A stretch of 62,322 nucleotides of DNA from Candidatus Omnitrophota bacterium (GTDB lineage: Bacteria; Ratteibacteria; UBA8468; MWAK01). The stretch lies in assembly GCA_043797665.1 (NCBI GenBank), contig JAZDPL010000043.1:1-62322 (forward strand), in the 5' to 3' direction. Positions 52,059 to 61,873 of this stretch are shown here, piece by piece. Within the stretch, counting starts at the first letter, position 1, and each line of letters opens with the position of its first letter. The notes under the pieces are model-generated. The model did no database searches. It saw nothing but the letters and a program-made list of their open reading frames with translations, and was not told the DNA's origin. A program made the translations under genes and the position numbers.

Positions 52059-52862
52059 ATGATTCAACCTGTTCATCGGTGTGCTCGCTACCGGCTCTAT
52101 TTGGATGAATCAGGCGACCATACTTACAAGTTACTCGAAGATCCGTCGCATCGCTACCTGGGTCTTCTGGGGGTATGGTTCAAGCAACTCGATGACTATC
52201 TCGCGTTTGCGGATGGACTGGAACGGTTCAAGCGGGATATTTTTGGTCCTCGTCCGGATCGACCTGTAATTTTGCATCGGTCCGACATCGTCAATCGTAA
52301 AGGCGCATTTGGTGTGCTCTGCAACCGAAATTTGCGAGAGAGGTTCGATTCCGGACTGCTTGAGGTTATCGGACAGGCAAATTTCAAAATGGTGTGTGTG
52401 GTAATCGACAAGCAGGAGCATCTGGAAAAATACCACAGTCCTTTTCATCCCTACCATTACTGCCTCGCAGCCATACTTGACCGCTACAGCGGTTGGTTGA
52501 ATTATAAGAACGCTGTGGGTGACGTCATGGCTGAGTCCCGTGGCCGAAAGGAAGACTTGCAACTTAAACAGGCTTACCTCCGAGTGTACGAAAGCGGGAC
52601 GCTGCTATCTGATATGGAGCGCCACCAGAGGGCTTTAACGAGCAAAGAGATTAAATTGCAGTTAAAGGTTGCCAACATTGCCGGTCTTCAACTCGCTGAC
52701 GTTCTGGCGCATCCCATAAAACAGGCGTACCTAATTGAAAAAGGACGGATTCGCGACACCGGCGATGTTTTTGGTAAGCAGGTTTGCAGAACCGTTCAGG
52801 GCAAGTTTAACGTGAATGTGCGGAGGGAACAGGTGGAGGGTTATGGAAAGGTGTGGCTGTAG
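52059..52862 (+). CDS. DUF3800-family protein (RNase H-like fold)
   Basis: LYLDESG at the N-terminus, ESRG, GLQLADVLA (QxxD), terminal GYGK. Confidence 0.85.
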   Translation: MIQPVHRCARYRLYLDESGDHTYKLLEDPSHRYLGLLGVWFKQLDDYLAFADGLERFKRDIFGPRPDRPVILHRSDIVNRKGAFGVLCNRNLRERFDSGLLEVIGQANFKMVCVVIDKQEHLEKYHSPFHPYHYCLAAILDRYSGWLNYKNAVGDVMAESRGRKEDLQLKQAYLRVYESGTLLSDMERHQRALTSKEIKLQLKVANIAGLQLADVLAHPIKQAYLIEKGRIRDTGDVFGKQVCRTVQGKFNVNVRREQVEGYGKVWL

Positions 52863-52936
52863 AAATGAAAACGCCCCCTTTCGGGGGCAGTTTCACGCCA
52901 GCCCTTACGGGCTGTCCACCTGCGAGCTATCGCATT
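52862..52936 (-). ncRNA. Putative ~75-nt structured RNA convergent with the DUF3800 gene
   Basis: Minus-strand hairpins TGCGA-TAGC-TCGCA, CAGCCC-GTAA-GGGCTG and GCCCCC-GAAA-GGGGGC, then a T-rich tail. Promoter immediately upstream. Confidence 0.7.
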
Positions 52937-52942
52937 GTCAAA

Positions 52943-52971
52943 AGTATACCGCATCTCTTTTAAAATGTCAA
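52943..52971 (-). promoter_or_regulatory. Consensus sigma70 promoter pointing at the putative ncRNA
   Basis: TTGACA (52971-52966), 17 bp spacer, TATACT (52948-52943). Confidence 0.8.
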
Positions 52972-53010
52972 ATCAACCCCTGAGCCCGAAGTTGCGAAGG
53001 GTCTAAAGAA

Positions 53011-53107
53011 TGAGATTCCCGCTTACTATCCGCGGGAATGACAGAAGGTGGACATGCGGGAATGACAAGGATGAGATTGCCACGGCACACTACGCCTCGC
53101 AATGACA
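53011..53107. repeat. Cluster of GGAATGAC / GCAATGAC palindromic half-elements
   Basis: GAGATTCCCGC...GCGGGAATGAC, GCGGGAATGAC, GAGATTGCC...CCTCGCAATGAC. Confidence 0.75.
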
Positions 53108-56100
53108 GATAAAAAGGGATTGAGGTTTCCGGAGATTCGGACGGTGGTGGCTTCGGCCGGTTCCGGGAAGACTCATGCTTTGGCGACCAGGTACGTCCAG
53201 TTGTTGTTAGGTTCCGGCGCAGACCGGCTGGATATTCCCCTGCGTAAAATCCTGGCGATAACCTTTACCAACAAGGCCGCCATTGAAATGAAGGAAAGAA
53301 TCATCCGGTTCTTGAAGATGGCCGTCCTGGATTCCTTTTCTACGCTTGAGGAGAAGAGCGAGATTCTGGCCGCGCTGGAAAAAGCCGGCGTCTCCGCGGA
53401 AGAGAGCCGGGATAAGGCCGGGGCCGCGCTGGATTACCTTCTCCGCCATTACAATTTCTTCCAGGTGCAGACGATAGACAGTTTCATCAACGCCATCCTT
53501 TCCGCCTGCGCCTTCAAACTGAACCTTTCCGCCAATTTTGAAATCAGGGAAGACCTGCGTGATTACCTTTCCTACAGTTTAGACGAGGTTCTGCAGAAGG
53601 CGAGCGAGGGAAACAAGCGCGCCCGGAACCTGTTAGAGGATTTTCTCCAGCAGTACATCCGCCTGGAGGAAAATCCGTCCTGGCTGCCCCGGAGAGACAT
53701 CTTTTCAATCGTCAGTTCCCTTTTTTACCAGTACCACATCTACGGCGGCATTTTCCGGAAGTATCCCCGGGAGATAACCGACGCCTTTGCCCTGCGGAAA
53801 AGGATAGCGGATAAGATGGAAGCTCTGCGCCGCAATCTGCCGGAAGGAACCAACGGAACCTTTAAAAAATCCCTGGAGCGGTTCTGCGGATCCGGCGGCA
53901 GCGCTTTCCGCCTGAAAGAGGTCCCCGCCAGGTTCGAACAGGATGATTTTCCGGTGAACAAGGGTTTTGATGTCCCGTTGGAAACCGTCGGACTCTGGCA
54001 GGATGTCAAAAAAGACCTGGAGGAATTTTGCCGGCTTCAGTCCGCAGCCGTCTTCAACCGTTACATCGACATCTATTGCCTGGTGGAGAAAGAGTTCCGC
54101 AAATTATCCGGGCAGGACGACGTCATCTTCCTGGAGGAACTGAACAGCCGGGGCCAGGAATTGATTGACCGGAGGACGGTCAGCGTGCCGGAAATCTATT
54201 ACCGGCTGGCGACCCGGTTCAACCACTACCTGATAGACGAATTCCAGGATACCAGCCGTCTCCAGTGGAAAAACCTCTACCTGCTTCTGGAAGAAGCGCT
54301 TTCCCGGGCGGGTTCTCTCTTCTGCGTCGGAGACCGGAAACAAGCCATTTACCGGTTTCGGGGCGGTGACGATTCCTTGATTGCTTCGCTGGAAAAAGGG
54401 GAGCAGTTTCCGACCAGCCCGATCACACCGGAACGGCTCACCAAGAATTACCGGAGCCATAAGGAGATAGTTGAGTTCAATAACCGCGTCTTTGCGCCGG
54501 AGAACGTCAGGCGTTTTCTGGTTGAGAGCGGCGAGGCGGAAAAGGTTGATTCTCCGGAGGCAATCGTTTCGGTCTTTACCGACTCCAGGCAGGAGTATCT
54601 GCCGGTTAAAAACAAGGGTTATTTCAGGTCTGAAAAGGTTAATCCGGACGCCACCGGGAGCAGCGAAGAATTGATAAAAGATAAAGTGGTGGGCCTGGTC
54701 GCCGGGCTGATGGAGCGGTTTTCGTGGGGTGACATCGCCGTCCTCTCCCGGGATAACAGCCGGGTGGAGCTTATAACCGGCTGGCTGCTGGAAGCCGGCT
54801 TCCCGGTTGAGTCGGAGAAGACCCTCAACGTGAGGGAAAACCCCCTGGTAAAAGAACTCTTTTCTTTCCTCAAATTTCTCAACTCCCCGGTTGACAACCT
54901 TTCCTGTGCTTCCTTCCTGACCGGCAACATCTTCGTGAAGGCCTCCGGCTTGAGCCGGGAGGCAGTGCTTGACTTCATCTTCCGATACCGGAATAGGGGT
55001 TATTTATACACGGAATTCCGGCGTGAGTTCCGGCCGGTCTGGGATGGTCTGATTGAGGAGTTTTTTAACAGCGTCGGGTTCTACCCGGCCTACGAACTGA
55101 CGGTGAGCATTATCCGGAAATTCGACGTCCTTAAGAATTTCCCGGGCGGCCAGGGTTTCTTCATGCGGCTTCTGGAGATAATCAGGGAACAGGAGGAAGA
55201 GCAGTTCAGCCTGGCCGAATTTCTGGAATATTTTGAGACCGCACCGGCGGATAAGATGTACGTGCGGGTGACCCCGGGCAATGCGGTCCGGGTGATGACC
55301 ATCCACAAGGCCAAAGGGCTGGGCTTTCCGGTGGTTATCGTCCCGTTCCTGGGTATCGGCGCCGGCGTAAACCGGAGGTCGGCCGGCTGGGGGCCGGACC
55401 AGGTGCGCGGCAGTTCTTTCAGCGTCTATCAGAATATAGACAACAATTTGGAACTGTTACGGCTGGGCGAGCACTACTCCAGGTTTTCTCCGGAATTAAA
55501 GGAACGTTACCAGCAGGAATACCGCCGGAGTTTGATTGACGAACTGGACAGCGTTTACGTGGCGTTGACGCGGGCGGCGGAGGAGTTGTACCTGTTCATA
55601 CCCGACCGGTCCGGTAACCGAAAAAATCCGGCGTGGCACCTCATCCCCGGAACGGAAACAACAGATGGAGGGGAGAGGCGATTGGCCGTCGGAACCGGGC
55701 CGGGGCCGGATTCGGAAATCACGCTGGCCATCTCTCCGGCCGATTACCCCGACTGGATTAACATCCTGAAGGATGAGTTCGTGGACGAGCAACAATTGCG
55801 CAACCGTCTGGAGATAGAGCGGGGCGAGGTTTTGCACCGCGTCCTTTCCTGTATCGGGAATTTGGCCGGCGCCGACGTTGATTTGGTTATCCGGCTTGCC
55901 GTAGAGAGCGGCCGGTCGGAGTATCTGCTGGAAGCAAGGGAAACAGCCGAATTTGAAGATAAGGTGCGGCGGCTTTTAGATGACCCCCGGTTTAAAAAGA
56001 TATTCTTTCTTCCGGAAGGCGAGTCCGTTTTCCGGGAAAAGGACGTGGTGGACAGCCAAGGCAATACCCGCCGCATCGACCGGCTGATAATAAAACCGGG

Positions 56101-56272
56101 TAAAGTGGAGGTTATTGATTACAAGAGCTCCGAGCGAAGCGAGGTGCGACTTGAACACCGGAAGCAGTTGGCGGAGTATCTCCGCATTATCAAAGAACTT
56201 TATCCGGATTCGGAGGTAAGCGGCGTTTTAATTTACCTGGATAACCTGGCGATGGTTGAAGTGAAAATGTAG
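53102..56272 (+). CDS. addA: AddA/RecB-like helicase-nuclease
   Basis: ASAGSGKT, AITFTNKAA, IDEFQDT, VGDRKQAIYRFRG, MTIHKAKGL, YVALTRA, C-terminal RIDRL...VIDYK. Confidence 0.88.
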   Translation: MTDKKGLRFPEIRTVVASAGSGKTHALATRYVQLLLGSGADRLDIPLRKILAITFTNKAAIEMKERIIRFLKMAVLDSFSTLEEKSEILAALEKAGVSAEESRDKAGAALDYLLRHYNFFQVQTIDSFINAILSACAFKLNLSANFEIREDLRDYLSYSLDEVLQKASEGNKRARNLLEDFLQQYIRLEENPSWLPRRDIFSIVSSLFYQYHIYGGIFRKYPREITDAFALRKRIADKMEALRRNLPEGTNGTFKKSLERFCGSGGSAFRLKEVPARFEQDDFPVNKGFDVPLETVGLWQDVKKDLEEFCRLQSAAVFNRYIDIYCLVEKEFRKLSGQDDVIFLEELNSRGQELIDRRTVSVPEIYYRLATRFNHYLIDEFQDTSRLQWKNLYLLLEEALSRAGSLFCVGDRKQAIYRFRGGDDSLIASLEKGEQFPTSPITPERLTKNYRSHKEIVEFNNRVFAPENVRRFLVESGEAEKVDSPEAIVSVFTDSRQEYLPVKNKGYFRSEKVNPDATGSSEELIKDKVVGLVAGLMERFSWGDIAVLSRDNSRVELITGWLLEAGFPVESEKTLNVRENPLVKELFSFLKFLNSPVDNLSCASFLTGNIFVKASGLSREAVLDFIFRYRNRGYLYTEFRREFRPVWDGLIEEFFNSVGFYPAYELTVSIIRKFDVLKNFPGGQGFFMRLLEIIREQEEEQFSLAEFLEYFETAPADKMYVRVTPGNAVRVMTIHKAKGLGFPVVIVPFLGIGAGVNRRSAGWGPDQVRGSSFSVYQNIDNNLELLRLGEHYSRFSPELKERYQQEYRRSLIDELDSVYVALTRAAEELYLFIPDRSGNRKNPAWHLIPGTETTDGGERRLAVGTGPGPDSEITLAISPADYPDWINILKDEFVDEQQLRNRLEIERGEVLHRVLSCIGNLAGADVDLVIRLAVESGRSEYLLEARETAEFEDKVRRLLDDPRFKKIFFLPEGESVFREKDVVDSQGNTRRIDRLIIKPGKVEVIDYKSSERSEVRLEHRKQLAEYLRIIKELYPDSEVSGVLIYLDNLAMVEVKM

Positions 56273-56319
56273 GGGTCGGATTTATCTCGACCCGCGGGTT
56301 CGATAAATCGAACCCCTAC
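56269..56319. repeat. REP doublet whose GTAG supplies the addA stop codon
   Basis: ATG-TAG-GGGTCGG...GAACCCCTAC. Confidence 0.8.
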
Positions 56320-56332
56320 CGAACAACGAAAT

Positions 56333-59197
56333 ATGGGTAAAGTCGTAACTTTCAGCCTGACGGATAATTTTATCGGAAAACTGGCTGATTTTCTGGAAGA
56401 AACCGGCCCGCCTGCGCTAAAGCTCCGGCGGGCAGGCCCGGCTGCAGACCTCAGCCGCACCGCAATCGTCTTCGGCGGTAAAAGACCGGCCCTTTACCTG
56501 AAGAAAGAACTGGCGCAAAGGTTCGGGAAGAGTTTCTTTCCTCCGGTCTTTTTTAACGTGGACGAATTCATGGAGTATGTCGTCAGGCGCCGGGAAAATT
56601 TCCAGAGAATCTCCGAGACGGAGGCCTGTTATCTCATCTATAATTTGAATCGACAATTACAGATGGCCTCACCCGCCTTCGCTAAAGTTTCGGCGGGTAA
56701 ATTCTCCCGCTTTTTACCCTGGGCCAGGGAGATCCATTCTTTCATAGAGCAGCTTGACCTGGAAGACGTCCCGCCGGAAGCGCTGGAAAACGTAGAGAAG
56801 AGCGCGGAGATCGGCTACGACATCCCGGAGGGTATCAACGAGCAACTCGGGACGATCGTTTCGTTGAGGGATGCCTACCACAAGGTCCTGGAAGAAGAGA
56901 AGAAGTATTCCCGCGGCCTGGTCTACCGCCTTGCCTCCCGTTATATCGACCAAACAGACCTGGCTGAATTTGACCGGATTATCTTTGCCGGTCTTTTTTA
57001 CCTGAACCGGACCGAAGAAAAGGTAATCAGGTTTCTTTACGATAACGACAAGGCCGTGGTTGTCTTCCAGGGAAGCCAGAAAGAGTGGCCCGTCCTGGAA
57101 AGGGCTTCCCGGATTTTCGGCTGTTCGGTTCGGCCCTCCTTCTCGGCGGACAAGCCGCAATACAATCTAAAGCTATACGCCGGGTTTGACGCCCATTCCC
57201 AGGCCGGGCTGGCCCGGGAAATCCTGAAGACCATTCCGCCGGCGGAGCGGGAGAAGACGGTAATCGTAGTTCCGGAACCGGCGGGCCTGCTTCCGCTCTT
57301 TTCGGAAATCGCTGGTCTTGCCGGGAATTTTAACGTATCGATGGGTTATCCCCTGAAGCGCAGTTCCATCCATTCCCTTTTCCGTTCCATCTTTCAGGCC
57401 CAGGAGACGAGGCACGGCAGCCGTTATTACACCAGGGATTACCTGCGGGTCTTGAGCCACCCGTTTATCAAGAACCTGGAATTGGAGTATGAGTCTTCGG
57501 TGACCAGGGTTCTGGTTCACCGGCTGGAGGAGTTCCTGCTCGGCGTCGAGGAAAATCCTTTGAGCGGAAGCCTCTTCATCCGCCTGAAGGAGATAGAATC
57601 TCTGGAACAGGTTTACCTGTCCGTCGCTGAAATCCTGGGCCGGATGGGTCTGGACGTCGGCGTCAATGACCTTAAGAAGATACTGCGGGAGTTACACCAC
57701 CGCCTTTTCCTGGACTGGGAAGAGAAGAGATTAAATACTTTCCGCGCTTTTTCCCTGGTTCTGGAAAAATTTATCAACCTTTTGCTTCAAAAAAGCTTCC
57801 TGGCCCGCTACCCCCTTAACCGGGAATTCGTCCAGGCGGTTTTGGCCGTCAAGAAGGAGATGGCGACCGCTTCGTTCCGGGACGAAAAATTTTCGGCCGC
57901 GGAGATATTCCGCATATTCGAAGACAAGCTTGACAACGGGCTGATAAATTTTTCCGGCTCACCCCTGAAGGAACTCCAGGTGCTGGGTATTTTCGAGACC
58001 CGCAACCTGTCTTTTCAGGAGGTAATTGTAATTGACGCCAACGAGTCGGTCCTGCCCCGCCTGCGTACCGGCGAACCGCTCATCCCCCGGGAGGTTATGA
58101 TAAACCTGGGCCTGGAAAGGCACGGTTTGGAGGAGGAGATTCAGCGTTACCAGTTCCGCAGCCTGCTCGCTTCAGCCCGAAACGTCCACCTGATTTATGC
58201 CAGGAGTCCGGAGAAAGAGAAGAGCCGGTTCATCGAAGAACTCATCTGGAAAAACCAGCAGGAAACCGCCTCGCTGGATGAGCCGGTTTTACGGAAAGCG
58301 CTCTTTGACGTTCAGCCGGCGCCGGTAAAGAGCGCGGTCGGGAAGAACCGGGAAATGGTAAATTTTCTGCAGAATTTCCGGTATTCCGCTTCCAGCGTTG
58401 ATACCTATCTCCAGTGTCCGTTGATGTTTTACTACCGGTACGTCCTCGGGCTTCAGGAAAAGGAAGAACTCCTGGAAGAACCGGAAAGCAAGGAGATCGG
58501 AACTTTTATACACGCTTTACTGGAAGAAGCGTACCAGGGGTTTCTGGGCAGGGAACCGGTGATTGACGAAACATTCCGCAATTTTTTCCTGGGCCGGATG
58601 GAGGAGAGATTCCGGGCCGGTTTTCAGAAGACGATCAAAGCCGGGGGTTTTCTTGTCCGGCAGTTGCTCCGTCAGCGCCTGGAAAAGTTTCTTGATTATG
58701 AACGGGAAAGCAGGAAAGTCAGGGAGATTGTCTCTCTGGAACAAGGCCTGGAAGGCCGGGTTGAATTCTCCGGGCGGGTTTTCAAATTCGGTTACCGGGT
58801 TGACCGCATCGACCGGCTGCCTGACGGCAGACTGCTGGTGATTGATTACAAGACAGGCGCCGAGCGGAAGACGCCATCCGTAAAGAAGATGGAGTCAATG
58901 GAGTTAAACCGGGAATCGATCCGGGAATCAATCAATTCTTTTCAGATGCCTCTCTACATCTTTTTTATTGACCGGGAATACAAGACAACCGGCACCACGG
59001 CCGCACTCTACTACCTGAGGGATATCGGGCTGACTGAATTTCCGGGAGAGGAATCCCTGGCCCAAAAGGAGTTGATAATGGAAAAGTGTCTCCAGGCTCT
59101 GGAATATATCCTTTCCGAAATCACCGACCCGGCGGTTGGCTTTGGTCCGGACGAAGAATCCTGTCGCAGATGCCAGTTTGTTGATATCTGTCGCTGA
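56333..59197 (+). CDS. addB: AddB-like inactive helicase + PD-(D/E)XK nuclease with four Cys (Fe-S type)
   Basis: NVSMGYPL, QVLGIFETRNL, SRFIEEL, YLQCP, RVDRID...IDYKTG, CRRCQFVDIC. Confidence 0.85.
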   Translation: MGKVVTFSLTDNFIGKLADFLEETGPPALKLRRAGPAADLSRTAIVFGGKRPALYLKKELAQRFGKSFFPPVFFNVDEFMEYVVRRRENFQRISETEACYLIYNLNRQLQMASPAFAKVSAGKFSRFLPWAREIHSFIEQLDLEDVPPEALENVEKSAEIGYDIPEGINEQLGTIVSLRDAYHKVLEEEKKYSRGLVYRLASRYIDQTDLAEFDRIIFAGLFYLNRTEEKVIRFLYDNDKAVVVFQGSQKEWPVLERASRIFGCSVRPSFSADKPQYNLKLYAGFDAHSQAGLAREILKTIPPAEREKTVIVVPEPAGLLPLFSEIAGLAGNFNVSMGYPLKRSSIHSLFRSIFQAQETRHGSRYYTRDYLRVLSHPFIKNLELEYESSVTRVLVHRLEEFLLGVEENPLSGSLFIRLKEIESLEQVYLSVAEILGRMGLDVGVNDLKKILRELHHRLFLDWEEKRLNTFRAFSLVLEKFINLLLQKSFLARYPLNREFVQAVLAVKKEMATASFRDEKFSAAEIFRIFEDKLDNGLINFSGSPLKELQVLGIFETRNLSFQEVIVIDANESVLPRLRTGEPLIPREVMINLGLERHGLEEEIQRYQFRSLLASARNVHLIYARSPEKEKSRFIEELIWKNQQETASLDEPVLRKALFDVQPAPVKSAVGKNREMVNFLQNFRYSASSVDTYLQCPLMFYYRYVLGLQEKEELLEEPESKEIGTFIHALLEEAYQGFLGREPVIDETFRNFFLGRMEERFRAGFQKTIKAGGFLVRQLLRQRLEKFLDYERESRKVREIVSLEQGLEGRVEFSGRVFKFGYRVDRIDRLPDGRLLVIDYKTGAERKTPSVKKMESMELNRESIRESINSFQMPLYIFFIDREYKTTGTTAALYYLRDIGLTEFPGEESLAQKELIMEKCLQALEYILSEITDPAVGFGPDEESCRRCQFVDICR

Positions 59198-59222
59198 CGC
59201 TGGTGTGGTAAAATATAGAAAC

Positions 59223-60590
59223 ATGGGAATAGAAGACTTACAGCGGGTACACTTTGTCGGGATTGGCGGTATTGGCACCAGCGGTGTTGCCCGTATCCTT
59301 CTTGCCCAGGGAAAAGAAGTCAGTGGTTCGGATACCGAGGACAGTTCCCTGATTACGGAACTGAAGAAGCTGGGTGCGAAGATTGACTTAGGGCATCAAT
59401 CAGGAAATATTCCTCAAAGTACGGAAACCGTAGTAATCTCTGCGGCAATTCCTCCGGATAACCCGGAAGTTTTAGAGGCAAGGCGCCGTAACATTCCGGT
59501 GATTACCTACAGCCAGGCGCTTGGTTCTTTAATGGAGCGACGCCAGGGTATCGCGGTGGCTGGTACCCACGGCAAAACAACCACCAGCGCCTTAGTGGCT
59601 TCTATTCTTAAGTTCGGCGGTAAAGAACCTAATTTTGTAATCGGCGGAGAGATTCCGGCCTTAGGCGGGAATTCCGGTACGGGAAGGGGAGAATATCTGG
59701 TGGCAGAGGCTTGCGAATTTCACCGTAATTTCCTTTCCTTGCGGCCCCAGGTTATAATAGTTACCAATATCGAAGAAGACCACCTGGATTATTACCATGA
59801 CCTGGCAGAAATTGAGGAGGCTTTTTTAAAATTTTTATCTCTCCTGCCCCCGGACGGCTTTGCGGTATTATGCCGGGAGAACGGCAATCTGATGGAGGTA
59901 GCGGGACGTTTTGACGGTTCCTACGTTACCTATGGTTTTGAGGAGGCGGATTTTCAGGCAAAAAAAATAGCGCTGACAAAAACCGGCTCTTCCTTTCAGG
60001 TTTTCTTTCAGGAAAAGGAACTCGGCTCGGTAATCCTTCCGTTGCCGGGTCAGCATAATGTTCTTAACAGTTTAGGGGCTTTTGCCGTCTGTTACAAAAT
60101 TGGTCTGAAGCCGGAGGTAATTATTAACGCTCTGGCATCTTTTGAAGGTGTGCGGAGACGTTTAGAGTTGAAAGGGCATTATAACGGTGCGTCTGTTCTT
60201 GACGATTACGGGCACCACCCTTCGGAAATTGTGGCTACCCTTAAAGCCCTGCGTCAGTTTCATCCCACCGGGAGACTTTTTGTAGTATTTCAACCGCATC
60301 AGTACAGCCGTACCCGGTTTTTCCTTGATGATTTTGCCCGTTCCTTTAGTTTAGCGGACGAAGTAATTGTACCGGAGATTCACTTTGTGCGGGACAGCGA
60401 GGAGAGTCGGCGCAGCGTGTCTTCTGAAGACCTGGTGGCAAAGTTGACGGCTCAGAACAAAAAAGCACAATTCATTTCTCCTTTTGAGGCTATCGTCACC
60501 TATCTTAAGGAAAAAGTTCGGGAAGGTGATGTTGTACTGACTATTGGTGCCGGACCGGTTTATCAGGTGGCTGACGAACTTATCCAATGA
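59223..60590 (+). CDS. murC: UDP-N-acetylmuramate-L-alanine ligase
   Basis: HFVGIGGIG, AGTHGKTTT, NIEEDHLDYY, DDYGHHPSE, FQPHQYSRT. Confidence 0.95.
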   Translation: MGIEDLQRVHFVGIGGIGTSGVARILLAQGKEVSGSDTEDSSLITELKKLGAKIDLGHQSGNIPQSTETVVISAAIPPDNPEVLEARRRNIPVITYSQALGSLMERRQGIAVAGTHGKTTTSALVASILKFGGKEPNFVIGGEIPALGGNSGTGRGEYLVAEACEFHRNFLSLRPQVIIVTNIEEDHLDYYHDLAEIEEAFLKFLSLLPPDGFAVLCRENGNLMEVAGRFDGSYVTYGFEEADFQAKKIALTKTGSSFQVFFQEKELGSVILPLPGQHNVLNSLGAFAVCYKIGLKPEVIINALASFEGVRRRLELKGHYNGASVLDDYGHHPSEIVATLKALRQFHPTGRLFVVFQPHQYSRTRFFLDDFARSFSLADEVIVPEIHFVRDSEESRRSVSSEDLVAKLTAQNKKAQFISPFEAIVTYLKEKVREGDVVLTIGAGPVYQVADELIQ

Positions 60591-61873
60591 AAACAATAAA
60601 GGTTTTTTGGTATTTCCTTTTCAGCCTGTGTTTTATCGGTTCTCTGTGCAGTGCGGAGACCCTGACCCTGGAACAGGCGCTTAACGAGACAAGAAGTAAG
60701 AGTTTGTCCCTCCGGCAGGCTGAGGAACAGATTAAAGCCGCAGAATTCGGTGCTGCGGAACAACGTACCTACCTTTATCCTTCTTTTGCCCTCTCCGGCA
60801 GTTATAGTTATCAGAACGGAGAAGTATTGGCAGGGCCTGAGACATCTACGGCGGTTAATAACTGGGATAGTAATGCGGTCTCTTTTGGTATTACCCAGCC
60901 TCTCTATACCGGTGGCGAACTTAAAGGTCAATATGAATCGGCTAAACTTGCTGTGGACCTGGCTCGTTTAGCCTATGACCAGGAGGTTCTAAATCTGGGT
61001 TTTGAGGTGAGGGAATCATATTTCGCCGCTCTCCGTTTAGAAAAAGCGGTCGCGGTGACCAGGGAACTGGTTAATAACCGTCAGCGCCATCTTAGCGAAG
61101 TGGAAAAGAGGGTTAAGGTGGGTGTGCTTCCGAAAGTGGAGCAACTAAAGTCTGAAGTAGAATTGGCACACAGCCAGGATAATCTGGTTTCCGCGGAAAA
61201 TAGTTTGAAAGTGAGTTTTAGCGGATTAAACCGGCTTTTAGAAAGACCGCTGGATATGGAATGGAGTTTGTCCGACGTTGTTCCCCGGATGCCGCCGGTG
61301 TTGCCGGATATGAACTCCTGCTGCCAACAGGCGCTTCAAACCCGTCCGGACAGGAAGAGCGCACATCTGAAGGTTATGCAGATGGAGAAGGGAGTAAGCG
61401 TGGCCCGCAGCGGCTATTATCCGAGAGTTGACCTTCAGCTGGTTCATGAAGAATTTCAGGACGATGCCTTCAGTTCCGGGTGGAATTACGATGACCAGGT
61501 TCTGGTAACCGTTTCCTACGACCTCTGGAACTGGGGCCGGGTAAAAGATAAGGTTAACGCCAGTCAGAGTCAAAAAAAACAGGCGGAAACAGAACTTGCC
61601 GGCCTGGAACGAAGTATCAGATTGGAGGTCAAAAACGCCTACCTTTCGGTTCTTTCGGCGCAAGCCAGAATTGGAACCGCGGAAAAGGCGGTAGACCAGG
61701 CAAAAGAGGTGTTACGCATGCAAACGATTCGGTTTCAGGAAGGTATGGCTACCAATACCGACGTTCTGGACGCGGATTTTGCGTTGGCGCAGGTTCAGAC
61801 CGACTATTATAATGCCCGATATGATTATTTGACCGCCGAAGCAATTCTGAGGCGAACTTTGGGGGTAGAATGA
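60587..61873 (+). CDS. TolC-family outer-membrane efflux protein
   Basis: Signal peptide, LTLEQAL, two OEP repeats (YPSF...QPLYTGG; YYPRV...YDLWNWG). Confidence 0.9.
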   Translation: MKTIKVFWYFLFSLCFIGSLCSAETLTLEQALNETRSKSLSLRQAEEQIKAAEFGAAEQRTYLYPSFALSGSYSYQNGEVLAGPETSTAVNNWDSNAVSFGITQPLYTGGELKGQYESAKLAVDLARLAYDQEVLNLGFEVRESYFAALRLEKAVAVTRELVNNRQRHLSEVEKRVKVGVLPKVEQLKSEVELAHSQDNLVSAENSLKVSFSGLNRLLERPLDMEWSLSDVVPRMPPVLPDMNSCCQQALQTRPDRKSAHLKVMQMEKGVSVARSGYYPRVDLQLVHEEFQDDAFSSGWNYDDQVLVTVSYDLWNWGRVKDKVNASQSQKKQAETELAGLERSIRLEVKNAYLSVLSAQARIGTAEKAVDQAKEVLRMQTIRFQEGMATNTDVLDADFALAQVQTDYYNARYDYLTAEAILRRTLGVE

